Source: an uncultured bacterium (GTDB taxonomy: Bacteria; Chlamydiota; Chlamydiia; Chlamydiales; VFKH01). Taken from it: a stretch of 64,000 bases of DNA. The DNA lies in NCBI GenBank assembly GCA_964596685.1, contig CAZQVA010000002.1:12947-76946 (forward strand), in the 5' to 3' direction. The position numbers and the translations under genes are program-made. A model generated the notes under the pieces. The model was given only the letters and a program-made list of their open reading frames with translations. It made no database searches and was not told the origin of the DNA. Of the stretch, positions 27,048 to 36,585 are shown piece by piece (positions within the stretch are counted from its first letter, which is position 1; every line of letters starts with the position of its first letter).

Positions 27048-27982
27048 TTAACGGCTTGCACAGGGTACCCGCAAGCGAATGCTTTAGCTGTTACAATACT
27101 TTTACCTGGTATCTGGACTTCTAAAAGTTCAAGAGAGCCCTTCTTGCATGCAATAATGATACCCGATTTTCCCCATTGTAAGATTTGTCCCGGTGTATGA
27201 TTGGATTCATCATACAGGCGCGTTTTGAGAATACGTAGTTTTTCTTCTTTTCCTCTCAGGCGGATTTTACACCATGCACCCGGCTCAGGATTGGTCCCGC
27301 GCACGAGGTTGTGTATTTCAGCTGCAGATCGATTCCAGTCAATATAGGTGTCATCGAGTGTAATTTTATGAGCAAAAGTTACCATACGTGGATCTTGCTC
27401 CTGGGGAATAATTTTACCCGCAAGCCATCCACGCACCGTATCGCGTAGCAGAGGCTGGCTTAAATGACATAGCTGATCGCGCAATTCGCCATAAGTCATA
27501 TCAGGAGGGATTTCAATGGAAGCGGTTGCTAAAATTGGTCCCGCGTCCATTTCCAGAGCCATTTTCATGATCGTCACGCCAGTCGATGTTTCACCATTGA
27601 TAAGTGCATACTGGATGGGTGCCGCCCCTCTTAAAGTCGGTAAAATGCTGCCATGAACGTTGATGACACCATGTTTTGGGACATCTAACAAATTTTGCTT
27701 AAGGAGTTGTCCATAGGCAACGACAATAAACAGCTCAGGATTTAATGCGGCAAGTTGAGAGACACTTTCAGCGCTAGAGGCTTTAAGTGGTTGAAAACAG
27801 GGTACGTGAGGTAAAAGTTTGGCAGCAACCTCTTTGACAGGAGGAGCAAGAAGTTGTTTGGAGCGCCCTTGTGCTTTATCGGGTTGCGTTACGATGCCAA
27901 CCACTTCGAAAAAGGGATCACCAATTAAGTCCTCGAGGATTTTGGCGGCAAAATCCGGTGTGCCAAAGAAGACAACCTTCAT
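27032..27982 (-). CDS. fmt: Methionyl-tRNA formyltransferase
   Basis: MKVVFFGTPDFA and HGSILPTLRGAAPIQ are present. It sits in the conserved lpxC-fabZ-lpxA-fmt arrangement. Confidence 0.9.
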   Translation of the reverse strand: MKVVFFGTPDFAAKILEDLIGDPFFEVVGIVTQPDKAQGRSKQLLAPPVKEVAAKLLPHVPCFQPLKASSAESVSQLAALNPELFIVVAYGQLLKQNLLDVPKHGVINVHGSILPTLRGAAPIQYALINGETSTGVTIMKMALEMDAGPILATASIEIPPDMTYGELRDQLCHLSQPLLRDTVRGWLAGKIIPQEQDPRMVTFAHKITLDDTYIDWNRSAAEIHNLVRGTNPEPGAWCKIRLRGKEEKLRILKTRLYDESNHTPGQILQWGKSGIIIACKKGSLELLEVQIPGKSIVTAKAFACGYPVQAVNTHST

Positions 27983-28806
27983 TATCCCTCCAACTCGTCG
28001 TTACCTTCTCCCTTAATAGGGATCTCAAAGCCAATCAGGCCGCGTTTTGAGTTTTTACAGAACTCTAACCATGTCTTGACTTCAGGAACATGAGAAAGTT
28101 CTTTTTCTACTTTATCGAGTGCTTTTTCTAAAGGCAAACCAGAGCGATATACGATTTTAAAGGCGCGACTCAGATATTGACGTGTTTCTAAAGTGATACC
28201 GCGACGTTTAAGTCCGATTAAATTTAAACCGCCGAGGCGGTAAGGGATACCCCCACCAATTGTAAAAGGAGGAACGTCATGAGTAACACGGCTCATGCCG
28301 CCTACCATCGAATGACTTCCAATCCGAGAGAATTGATGCACAGGTGTTAAACCACCAATAATAGCATAATCACCTACTTCCACATGCCCTGCAAGCGTCG
28401 CACTATTACTCATAATTACATGATGTCCAAGGTGGCAGTTGTGGGCGACGTGGCAATAGGCCATAATGAGACAGTGGTCCCCGACAATAACGGAAGTGCC
28501 TTCTTGTGTAGAAGAATTAATCGTGACACATTCCCTGATTTGGCAGTGCTTGCCAATCGAAACATATGTTGTTTCGCCTTTAAATTTCAAATCTTGGCAT
28601 TGTGTGCCGATGCTGGCAAAAGGCCAAATGGTGGTGCCTTCGCCGATTGTTGTATGACCGTCGATATAGGCATGCGATTTAATGGTAACATTATCGCCAA
28701 TAGAAACAGTGGACTTAATGACAGCAAAGGGCTCAATCGTCACCCCACTGCCAATTTTTGCCCCTTCTTCGATAATTGCTAAAGGGTGGATAGTGGTTTT
28801 TGTCAT
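27982..28806 (-). CDS. lpxA: Acyl-ACP--UDP-N-acetylglucosamine O-acyltransferase
   Basis: It has left-handed beta-helix hexapeptide repeats throughout and a LpxA-type C-terminal helical domain. Its position after fabZ also fits. Confidence 0.9.
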   Translation of the reverse strand: MTKTTIHPLAIIEEGAKIGSGVTIEPFAVIKSTVSIGDNVTIKSHAYIDGHTTIGEGTTIWPFASIGTQCQDLKFKGETTYVSIGKHCQIRECVTINSSTQEGTSVIVGDHCLIMAYCHVAHNCHLGHHVIMSNSATLAGHVEVGDYAIIGGLTPVHQFSRIGSHSMVGGMSRVTHDVPPFTIGGGIPYRLGGLNLIGLKRRGITLETRQYLSRAFKIVYRSGLPLEKALDKVEKELSHVPEVKTWLEFCKNSKRGLIGFEIPIKGEGNDELEG

Positions 28807-28818
28807 AGTGGCGATCCC

Positions 28819-29292
28819 TTAGATCTGTTCCTTATTCACAAGGGCAAAAGAAATTTCCCCTTCAAGCGCAATTTTCTTATTTACAAATGCCGTTCCTTTA
28901 ATCCGGCCACCCTTGTTGCTAAAGTGTAGGCCTTCCACTTTTAGGTAAAGAGTGTCACCTGGCTTGACAGGGTTGCGGAACTTCGCATGGCTGACATTTA
29001 ATAGCACGGCAATTTTTCCTACAAATCCTTTTTGGTGGATCAGAATTCCTCCTGCCTGAGCTAATGCCTCGACAAGTAACACACCGGGCATAATAGGAGC
29101 TGATGGAAAGTGTCCTTGGAAGAAGGGTTCATTGATCGTCACATTCTTTTGGGCAACGATCATGTTTTCTTCAAGATCAATGTGTAAGACTTTATCGACC
29201 AAAAGGAAGGGATAGCGATGGGGAAGAATATCTTGAATTTCACGATTCTCCATAATGGGAGAATAATGAGAAAAATCGGGATGTGCCGTCAT
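28819..29292 (-). CDS. fabZ: 3-hydroxyacyl-ACP dehydratase FabZ
   Basis: [11 protein letters not shown] and [20 protein letters not shown] are present. Confidence 0.9.
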   Translation of the reverse strand: MTAHPDFSHYSPIMENREIQDILPHRYPFLLVDKVLHIDLEENMIVAQKNVTINEPFFQGHFPSAPIMPGVLLVEALAQAGGILIHQKGFVGKIAVLLNVSHAKFRNPVKPGDTLYLKVEGLHFSNKGGRIKGTAFVNKKIALEGEISFALVNKEQI

Positions 29293-30158
29293 AAAGGCCT
29301 CTCATTTAATGCATGAAGAAGTTTGCGACAGAATGCTGTATTTGCCGCATGTCCTGAACGAATAGCTATAATGTGAGCGTGGAAGGGGGCACCTACAAGT
29401 GCTAAATCGCCAACAAGGTCCAGGATCTTATGGCGTACCATCTCATCAGGAAATTTTAATCCATCTTTACTGAAGATCACGTCGTCTTTAATGACGACCG
29501 CATTTTCTAAGCTACCACCTTTGATAAGACCAAGCTCGATAAGCATCGAAACCTCATCATAAAGGGAAAAAGTGCGGCAATTGGCAAGTTGCGTTCTAAA
29601 ATTTTCTAAAGTGATCGGTAGGGAAAGATATTGCGAACGAATGGCGCTGATATTGGGATAATGAAGTGTGTAGCTGATTCTGTATTCATTAGAGGGGAGT
29701 GCGACAAGGTGAATGTCGCCATGAGAATAATAAACGGGCTCTTTGAGTTGAAGAATCGGCCGTGTTTTTTCCTGTTGTACGACGCCCGCTGCTTCAATCA
29801 TTTCCATGAATGGCAAACTACTTCCATCACCAATCGGTGGTTCTGGCGCGGAGATCTCAATGCGCACATTGTCGATCTGGTAAGCGTGTAAGGCAGCAAG
29901 AACATGTTCAACTGTGTGTAAGCGAACTTGTCCAATGCCTAGTGTAGTACTGCGAGAGGTGTCTTGCACATGCTCGATGAAGGCGGGTACAGTGGGACGT
30001 CCTGGCAGGTCGCACCGTTCAAAAATAATCCCCGTATCCTCTTCGGCAGGAAAAAAGGTCATAGTAACCTCGTGGCCTGTATGTAGGCCGACTCCTGAAA
30101 AAGAAGCAGATGCGCGTAAAGTTTTTTGACGGCGATAAAGAGAGGAGGTTTCAAACAT
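29289..30158 (-). CDS. lpxC: UDP-3-O-acyl-N-acetylglucosamine deacetylase
   Basis: GVGLHTGHEV and HTVEHVLAAL are present, in a 289-aa protein. Confidence 0.9.
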   Translation of the reverse strand: MFETSSLYRRQKTLRASASFSGVGLHTGHEVTMTFFPAEEDTGIIFERCDLPGRPTVPAFIEHVQDTSRSTTLGIGQVRLHTVEHVLAALHAYQIDNVRIEISAPEPPIGDGSSLPFMEMIEAAGVVQQEKTRPILQLKEPVYYSHGDIHLVALPSNEYRISYTLHYPNISAIRSQYLSLPITLENFRTQLANCRTFSLYDEVSMLIELGLIKGGSLENAVVIKDDVIFSKDGLKFPDEMVRHKILDLVGDLALVGAPFHAHIIAIRSGHAANTAFCRKLLHALNERPL

Positions 30159-30235
30159 AATAAGAGGATTTTACCGGGTCATCTGCTTTTGGGGCAAAAC
30201 AAAACTATGAGGGAAGATGAAAGAAGTCTAGCGTT

Positions 30236-31483
30236 TCACAATAAATTTGCTACTTGGCTTAAACCACTAAGAACATCTTCAGCATGAAGTGGCATCACTG
30301 CAAGCGGATAAGGACTCCATACAGCTAAATAATCCGTTGTAGTAGAGCATAGAGGTGTTGAAGTCGTGTTCGGGGCAATATTGGTTTGATATGGTGGGAG
30401 GTAGACTGAAAAATGCGTCTTAAATTTGTGTTGGGGGATATTTAGTCTATTAGAAAGTGCATTAAAAAAGAGTTCTTCGAATTGTTTTGGAGGGCAGTTT
30501 AGATCACCAAAAAATAAATACGGGAAATCAGGTATGCCATATTGATTAATAAGATGCGCAACGAGTTCGGAAATCGCACTCATGGATGCGTCGACTGGAA
30601 GATGAAGGTTAAACACGCGCCAGAATTCTTGCGTGCCCATATCTTTCAATATAAAGCTTTGATAGGGACGTGCGCAATCTTTGCCAAATCGAAATGACTG
30701 ATCATACTCTTCTATAGTAAAGGTTGCATCATCCCAAATGATCGCATGATGGTTTTCTTTATTGAGCCCTTCATCCTCCGTGGTGGTCATAGAATAGCCC
30801 TCAGGTAATATTTGCGCTAGCTCTCGAATAAAATCCGGGTGACATTCCTGGAGGGTCATAAATTTTTTAGGATGTGTGGGGTGTTTAAACATATCGACCA
30901 CGTGTTTGGCTAGATATCTTTCCCGCTGCGTTACGCCAGCGCTATCCGAGTGTTTAGCGGCAACGGATGATCTGCTGATACCTTGTGAATTGTTGTGTAC
31001 CCAAGAAAAAAAGCATTTGTTGAGGCTATTAAAAGAGGCGAAACGATGATTGTTGATTTGATATCCAACGGGAAGATGATCGGAATACCACATCCAGCGC
31101 TCTTGTAGTTCACCTACATAGCGTGGATTAGATCGACTGCTAAGAGTGAGTTGTTGCAGATGTGCGAAATGGCAAAGAGAACTCCAGCTTTCTGCGTCGT
31201 GACATTTGTAGGCAGCGATAAGAGGACTAGCATAAGAGCGATATTTTTCTAATATTCCAATAATGTGCTGATTTTTTTGTTCAATGGCTAGACGAGAAAG
31301 AGTAGTCCATGGGTCACTTTTGACGGGTTCACAAAAAAGTGCTGCAGGAAATAAGGGAACGAGTGGAGGGCAGGGCGACAGGGAAGAGGAAGAAGAGCCT
31401 GAAGTAAGATGTGGGGGGCCAAAAGGTGCAGCAAGAGAGGGGGACGGTGGATGTGGAGAAGAGCTGTGGATGGGTGACGTCAT
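30236..31483 (-). CDS. Candidate secreted endonuclease/exonuclease/phosphatase (EEP)-fold protein with a Pro/Ser-rich N-terminus
   Basis: The first ~50 residues are Pro/Ser-rich low complexity (SSSPHPPSPS...SGSSSSSLSPCPP). EEP-like motifs follow in the canonical order: FASFNSL, TLQECHPDF, VFNLHLP, FFGDLNCP and TTDYLAV. An SDHLPV motif lies just N-terminal of the first of these. Confidence 0.5.
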   Translation of the reverse strand: MTSPIHSSSPHPPSPSLAAPFGPPHLTSGSSSSSLSPCPPLVPLFPAALFCEPVKSDPWTTLSRLAIEQKNQHIIGILEKYRSYASPLIAAYKCHDAESWSSLCHFAHLQQLTLSSRSNPRYVGELQERWMWYSDHLPVGYQINNHRFASFNSLNKCFFSWVHNNSQGISRSSVAAKHSDSAGVTQRERYLAKHVVDMFKHPTHPKKFMTLQECHPDFIRELAQILPEGYSMTTTEDEGLNKENHHAIIWDDATFTIEEYDQSFRFGKDCARPYQSFILKDMGTQEFWRVFNLHLPVDASMSAISELVAHLINQYGIPDFPYLFFGDLNCPPKQFEELFFNALSNRLNIPQHKFKTHFSVYLPPYQTNIAPNTTSTPLCSTTTDYLAVWSPYPLAVMPLHAEDVLSGLSQVANLL

Positions 31484-31489
31484 AAGAGT

Positions 31490-32473
31490 TTAGAAAATTT
31501 TGGAATAGTAAATGGTTGGTGAAAAATAGGCGTTGACATTCCGTCCCCATACAGAGAAGCTAGCACCGATAAGTATCCCTGAGGTGTCATCAATGATATA
31601 TTCAAACATGGGTGTCAAGTTAAAGGTTACAGTTGATGGGAGCGTGATTTTACTAAAATCAGAATCCGGTGAACCTGGGTTGCCCATAAAGTGTGCTTCG
31701 CTCGTATAGGCATAGGTCATATCCATAGCAAAAGCCATCTTAGGGGTAAAACTATACTCGCCTGAAAAATTAAGAAGAAAAATATTCCCAGGTTTCAGTT
31801 GCCCTAAAGCACCTTCACCAAAGCCATAGGCGCTATAGCCATGAATATAAGTCGCAGGAGAATAAGTATATCCGAGATTCAAATTCAATTCAAAGGGATG
31901 GTAAGGAATGAGGTAGAAAATTTTTTGAATCGCGAGGAAAGCCCCCGTTTGCCACGAACCTGAACCTGTAGTAGCTGGAATGTTTGTAGAGGGGGCCAGA
32001 TGATCAAATTGTCCAAGAGGTACGTTTTGTTGTATGTATAAACGCAAATCTGGGATGGCTGTACCTTTCTGGTCGCTGAGCAGTTGGACTCCAAGGCCGA
32101 CGAGAGCATCTCCCATGCGCCATTTGTGATGGTTGCCCTGTATAATATAAGAACCATCCAATAAGAGAACAATATCAAGCCAATCGGTGATGCCTGTTTC
32201 TAAATATACGGTAGGTCCAATGAAGTAGGTGCATGGCTGACGTTGAAGGTTAAAATCATTGTCGTATGTGCCATAGACAGTATAAGGGCTCAAATAGCCT
32301 TCAAACAACAGAGAGCCTGGTGGTTGATTGTGGGCTGGGATTTGCAGCAATGTTCCAATATAATTAGGTGTATAATCAGGAGGAAGGCATTGGTCGGTTG
32401 GCGTCGCTGCATGAAGGCTGATAGAAGTCGAACTTAATAGGAAGATAGAGTTGAGAATGCGGCGACAACACAT
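31490..32473 (-). CDS. Outer-membrane beta-barrel protein
   Basis: The signal peptide is MCCRRILNSIFLLSSTSISLHA. Alternating aromatic/Gly-rich strands follow. The C-terminus YYSKIF ends in Phe, matching the OMP beta-signal. Confidence 0.6.
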   Translation of the reverse strand: MCCRRILNSIFLLSSTSISLHAATPTDQCLPPDYTPNYIGTLLQIPAHNQPPGSLLFEGYLSPYTVYGTYDNDFNLQRQPCTYFIGPTVYLETGITDWLDIVLLLDGSYIIQGNHHKWRMGDALVGLGVQLLSDQKGTAIPDLRLYIQQNVPLGQFDHLAPSTNIPATTGSGSWQTGAFLAIQKIFYLIPYHPFELNLNLGYTYSPATYIHGYSAYGFGEGALGQLKPGNIFLLNFSGEYSFTPKMAFAMDMTYAYTSEAHFMGNPGSPDSDFSKITLPSTVTFNLTPMFEYIIDDTSGILIGASFSVWGRNVNAYFSPTIYYSKIF

Positions 32474-32477
32474 AGTT

Positions 32478-34052
32478 CTATTTATATGTTTTTCTTTTGA
32501 AAATTGCTACTAATAAACACAAAGTCGAACAGCAGATAATTCCCCAGTCTCCAAGATGAGGATATAGGGTTGGATGATTGATGAGATGAACTGTTTCTCG
32601 ATGTGCGATTGTTTGATCGATCGATGTGAGGTATAAAATACGGCCTTGATGGTCGATGACACCAGAAATTCCTGTGGTACAGCTTCTAAGAAGGGGGATT
32701 CCATTTTCTGCCGCGCGCACGCGAGCATGCAAAAAGTGTTGGTAGGGTAGAGTTGAATGGGGATACCATCCATCATTAGTTAGATTTAGAAAACACTGCG
32801 CCCCCAATTGCCGAAAAAGACACATTGTGCGTCCAAATGTTTCTTCATAACAGATTGAAGGAGCAAAAGCGTGGCTACTATAAAACAGCACAGGGCTTTG
32901 ACCTGGAGCAAAAGAATCGTAGATATCAAAACGCTCTGCTAAGCTACGGCACCAGGCATAGGGGATATATTCACCAATGGGGACAAGAATTTGTTTTGCA
33001 TAACTATAATGTTCTTTTCTGTCATGGGGGATGAAGAGGGCGGACTGGTAAGTTTGTGGGAGGTTGTCTCGCTCTTCTAATCCGACCACCACATCTGCAT
33101 GCCAGCGACGCGCTAGGTTTTGTAGGCCCTCAAAAGTGGATTGCCAAATGATCTGATCCTGCCACTTGATGGGGAAGCGTTCATGTGCTTCAAAAGCAAT
33201 AGCATTTTCTGGCATGAGAATAAGATCAATGGAGTCTTTTGCATAAGGGAGCATGAGTTTTTCAAGATTTTCTAAGCGAAAAAATGGATGCTCATTAAAA
33301 GAGGCCATTTGCCCTGGTTGCACTAAAAGGATATTAAAGTTACCTAAGGGCGTCTTATTGTACTCATTTGAAAGCATCAGCACACTGCCTAGGCTAAAGA
33401 GGCCGATCAGTGTGGCACAGTAGACTTTAGGGCGTGTTAGGAAGGCGCAGCCATTGAGAAAAAAGAGCGCAAAGGAAAGGCCAAAAATCCCAAGAATACT
33501 GCTGAGTTGTAAAAGTGGAAGATTATGGCTCCATAACATCCCCCATGGATTCCACGAAAAACCCGACATAAATTCGAGGCGTAAAAGCTCCATGATTGTT
33601 CCAAACGCTGCAAGCGCACAGACTAAATAGATGTTGGAGCGCTCTTGTCTTTTGAGTTGAAAGGCGATAGCCGTGAGTAGAGTCATTTGTATGCTACATG
33701 CAGAAGCGACAAAGAGCCAAAGAAGCAGAAAAAGGGGGCCTGTCAATGTGATCGCACTCATCCATGAGATCCAAATACCCCATATGCTCATGAAAAGAAA
33801 AAATGCAGCAGGTAATTGCTTGCGCGGCGGCAAGAGCCAGAGGCCTTTCCAGAGTAACGCTAGTCCAAAAGCACCTGAAAAAAATGCTAGGAGGTCAAAA
33901 TAGGGAAATAAGAGGCCCGACTGCCCCAGTGCAAGCAATACAAATCCGCAAACAGTCCATAAAATGGCAAGATAAGGGCTTTTTTCTTGACTCGAGCCCG
34001 GGACTTTCTCTCGGTTTAAAATCCAATTCTTCAGGTGGAATGGGTGTCGCAT
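32478..34052 (-). CDS. lnt: Apolipoprotein N-acyltransferase
   Basis: An N-terminal polytopic region is followed by a CN-hydrolase domain (LILMPENA, PSICYEETF). The first ~25 codons run through a partial MITE copy, so the true start is uncertain. Confidence 0.85.
   Translation of the reverse strand: MRHPFHLKNWILNREKVPGSSQEKSPYLAILWTVCGFVLLALGQSGLLFPYFDLLAFFSGAFGLALLWKGLWLLPPRKQLPAAFFLFMSIWGIWISWMSAITLTGPLFLLLWLFVASACSIQMTLLTAIAFQLKRQERSNIYLVCALAAFGTIMELLRLEFMSGFSWNPWGMLWSHNLPLLQLSSILGIFGLSFALFFLNGCAFLTRPKVYCATLIGLFSLGSVLMLSNEYNKTPLGNFNILLVQPGQMASFNEHPFFRLENLEKLMLPYAKDSIDLILMPENAIAFEAHERFPIKWQDQIIWQSTFEGLQNLARRWHADVVVGLEERDNLPQTYQSALFIPHDRKEHYSYAKQILVPIGEYIPYAWCRSLAERFDIYDSFAPGQSPVLFYSSHAFAPSICYEETFGRTMCLFRQLGAQCFLNLTNDGWYPHSTLPYQHFLHARVRAAENGIPLLRSCTTGISGVIDHQGRILYLTSIDQTIAHRETVHLINHPTLYPHLGDWGIICCSTLCLLVAIFKRKTYK
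33976..34047. repeat. Partial (right-half) copy of the 6102-6264 MITE-like element
   Basis: gggcttttttcttgactcgagcccgggactttctctcggtttaaaatccaattcttcaggtggaatgggtgt aligns with 6191-6264 with a few substitutions or indels. Confidence 0.8.
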
Positions 34053-34678
34053 GGAAAATACTCGGGTAGAGGGGCTGTGAATTCTATTTCTTCTCTCTGT
34101 ATTGGATGGTGTAGCCGCATTTTATGGTGATGTAGAGCGATGGCATGTTTTTGAGGCCAAGGCATGCCACCATATTTTATATCGCCTAAAATAGGTGAAC
34201 CTAAAGCAGCTAGTTGGATGCGAATTTGATGATAGCGTCCAGAGATAAGTTCTACTTGCAGCAAGGAACCAGTTCCTTTTTTCAATAGAGTAGTATAGTT
34301 TAATTGAGCAAGTTTGGCACCAGGTGTGCCAGGTGGTACGATGTGTGCTTTATGATCACCATGTGTTAGCCAATGTTCGCAGGTGCCAGTGGGGCAAGAG
34401 GGGGAGGGATGAACGAAAGCCAGATAGGTCTTTGAACAAGTGCGCTCTTTGAGTGCGGCATGCAGACGCGCAAGGGCTTTGCTCGTTTTGGCACAAAGAA
34501 GAATCCCGCTGACAGGTTTGTCGATTTGATGAGCCGCTTCTAAAAAGACATTGCCAGGTTTATTTAGCAAGATCTTGAGAGTGTCGCGTGCGTTATAAGT
34601 GGCCTCTTCAGTCGTCTGACCAGCGAGTTTATTAATGACAACAAGATGGTTGTCGAGGAATAAAATGGGATGTTTCAC
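34031..34678 (-). CDS. RluA-family pseudouridine synthase
   Basis: FLDNHLVVINKLAGQ and the catalytic-Asp motif HQIDKPVSGILL are present. The last codons (THST-stop) lie in the repeat. Confidence 0.8.
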   Translation of the reverse strand: MKHPILFLDNHLVVINKLAGQTTEEATYNARDTLKILLNKPGNVFLEAAHQIDKPVSGILLCAKTSKALARLHAALKERTCSKTYLAFVHPSPSCPTGTCEHWLTHGDHKAHIVPPGTPGAKLAQLNYTTLLKKGTGSLLQVELISGRYHQIRIQLAALGSPILGDIKYGGMPWPQKHAIALHHHKMRLHHPIQREEIEFTAPLPEYFPCDTHST

Positions 34679-34789
34679 AGATGCAAGTATTCCATATTTT
34701 TTTAAGGGATGGCAATTAAATTAAGCACATGGTTGGAGTGAAAGAGCGAATGGCATATACTTTTTCTTATCGGATTCTGTTTTAAGAGG

Positions 34790-35632
34790 ATGAAAATGAG
34801 ATTTTTTGGACGCGAAAAGCCTAAGATCAAGGTGCAATCGACGAAAAAAGATGGTTTTAGTGGCTGGTTGAAGTGCACTGACTGTCATGAATTGATTCAC
34901 ACCAATGAGCTTGAAAAAAATCTACACTGCTGCCCAAAGTGTGATCACCACTACCGCATGAGTGCTAAAGAACGTATTGCGATGTTGGCGGATGAAGGAA
35001 CCTTTGAAGAGCATTTTGGTAATTATCATCCCGTTGATGCGCTTGAGTTTGTCGATGTTGAACCCTACACAAAACGTCTGGAAGAAGCGAAGAAAAAATC
35101 ACAATCTTCAGAAGCTGTATCGGTCGGGGTGTGTCGCGTGCACAATAAACGCATAGCATTGGCTGTGATGGATTTTGCTTTTATGGGTGGGTCTATGGGC
35201 TCTGTCGTTGGCGAAAGGCTTGCTTTAATTATTGAATTGGCCTTGCGCGAAAAGCTACCACTTGTCATTGTCTCTTCATCGGGCGGTGCGCGCATGCAAG
35301 AATCTGTGCTCTCGTTGATGCAGATGGCAAAGACCTCTGCTGCATTGGCAAAATTAAGTGAAGCAAAATTGCCTTATGTTTCCGTGTTAACAAATCCGAC
35401 AACAGGGGGTGTGACAGCCTCTTTTGCGACATTAGGGGATATTATTCTAGCAGAACCCAAAGCGTTGATTTGTTTTGCTGGTCCGCGTGTCATTGAACAG
35501 ACAATCGGTCATACACTTCCTCCTGAAGCGCAGAAGTCGGAGTTTTTATTAGAACATGGCATGATTGATGCGATCGTACAGCGCAAGGAATTAAAATCTC
35601 GATTGGCTCAAATATTTGAAATTTTAACATAA
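34790..35632 (+). CDS. accD: Acetyl-CoA carboxylase carboxyltransferase beta subunit
   Basis: It has an N-terminal Zn-ribbon ([26 protein letters not shown]) followed by a carboxyltransferase domain ([12 protein letters not shown]). Confidence 0.9.
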   Translation: MKMRFFGREKPKIKVQSTKKDGFSGWLKCTDCHELIHTNELEKNLHCCPKCDHHYRMSAKERIAMLADEGTFEEHFGNYHPVDALEFVDVEPYTKRLEEAKKKSQSSEAVSVGVCRVHNKRIALAVMDFAFMGGSMGSVVGERLALIIELALREKLPLVIVSSSGGARMQESVLSLMQMAKTSAALAKLSEAKLPYVSVLTNPTTGGVTASFATLGDIILAEPKALICFAGPRVIEQTIGHTLPPEAQKSEFLLEHGMIDAIVQRKELKSRLAQIFEILT

Positions 35633-35639
35633 AAGGAAG

Positions 35640-36101
35640 ATGGGCGTGGAAGAGGAAGTAGAGCACGTTACTGTGGAAGTTACAGCAGCTGATGATGTGA
35701 CAATGCCACATTATGCCACTGAACTTGCTGCAGGTGCTGATGTTAGAGCTTGGTTGACACATGCAATCACTATTCCTGCAGGTAGCAGCGCATTGGTCCC
35801 TACAGGGATTCACATGGCGATTCCCGATGGATATGAGTTGCAAGTACGTCCACGTAGTGGATTAGCACTGAAAAATCAAGTCACTGTCCTCAATACTCCT
35901 GGCACTATCGATGCAGATTACCGCGGCCATGTTCAAGTTCTTTTAATCAACCATGGACAGCAACCATTTACCGTTGAACCTGGAATGAGAATAGCTCAAT
36001 TAATCTTGGCACCCGTTGTCCGCGCGCGCTTTGTACGCGTCGACAAACTTTCGGAAACACAACGTGCTGGAGGTGGCTTTGGACACTCGGGACTTCATTG
36101 A
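35640..36101 (+). CDS. dut: dUTP diphosphatase
   Basis: [24 protein letters not shown] and the C-terminal GGFGHSG are present. Confidence 0.9.
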   Translation: MGVEEEVEHVTVEVTAADDVTMPHYATELAAGADVRAWLTHAITIPAGSSALVPTGIHMAIPDGYELQVRPRSGLALKNQVTVLNTPGTIDADYRGHVQVLLINHGQQPFTVEPGMRIAQLILAPVVRARFVRVDKLSETQRAGGGFGHSGLH

Positions 36102-36576
36102 TCCCATTCAGCCTGGCTTTGCCCTTGCTGATATCTTAGAACCTGCATTAGTTTGTCGCCCTACAGAAGATGATAAAGGTGGCGTATTGCATGAGATGTT
36201 TCAATGTTTGCAGAAAGTTGCACAATTAGATGAAAATCTCTTTCTTTCTCTTGTAGCGGCTGTGAATGCACGCGAGCAAATTGTCTCTACCGGTATTGGA
36301 GTCGGGGTCGCTTTACCTCATGCTAAATTGAGGGGATTACCTCGTTTTTTTGTTGTGATAGGTGTTTTGCCACAGGGTGTAGATTGGGATGCTCTCGATG
36401 GCGCCCCTGTGCGAATTGTATGTTTGATTGTTGGACCTGATGACCGCCCTGCACTTTATTTGCAGTTGTTATCGAAGCTGACTTGGATTTTAAAGGATGA
36501 AGAGAGACGAAAAAAAATCTTGAACCTTTCTCAGGCAGAGGAGATAGTAAAACTGTTTATCTCAAACCAAGTATGA
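36016..36576 (+). CDS. ptsN: PTS EIIA(Ntr)-type protein (PtsN-like)
   Basis: The EIIA type-2 domain has its phospho-His region at [11 protein letters not shown]. The annotated ATG overlaps dut by 86 nt. An internal GTG (about 36064 or 36073) may be the real start. Confidence 0.75.
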   Translation: MSARALYASTNFRKHNVLEVALDTRDFIDPIQPGFALADILEPALVCRPTEDDKGGVLHEMFQCLQKVAQLDENLFLSLVAAVNAREQIVSTGIGVGVALPHAKLRGLPRFFVVIGVLPQGVDWDALDGAPVRIVCLIVGPDDRPALYLQLLSKLTWILKDEERRKKILNLSQAEEIVKLFISNQV

Positions 36577-36585
36577 TTAGCGCAT

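Noticed and set aside
32425-32530. Two aagtcgaac matches (32425-32436 and 32521-32530) flanking the OMP/lnt junction
   Set aside because: These are 9-10-nt matches inside coding sequence, without the neighbouring modules of the repeat family. They could be chance or very old remnants.
36016-36101. 86-nt overlap between dut and the first ptsN-like ORF
   Set aside because: This is probably a start-codon artefact of the longest-ORF rule, since in-frame GTG codons lie near 36064 and 36073. It is not evidence of a real long overlap.
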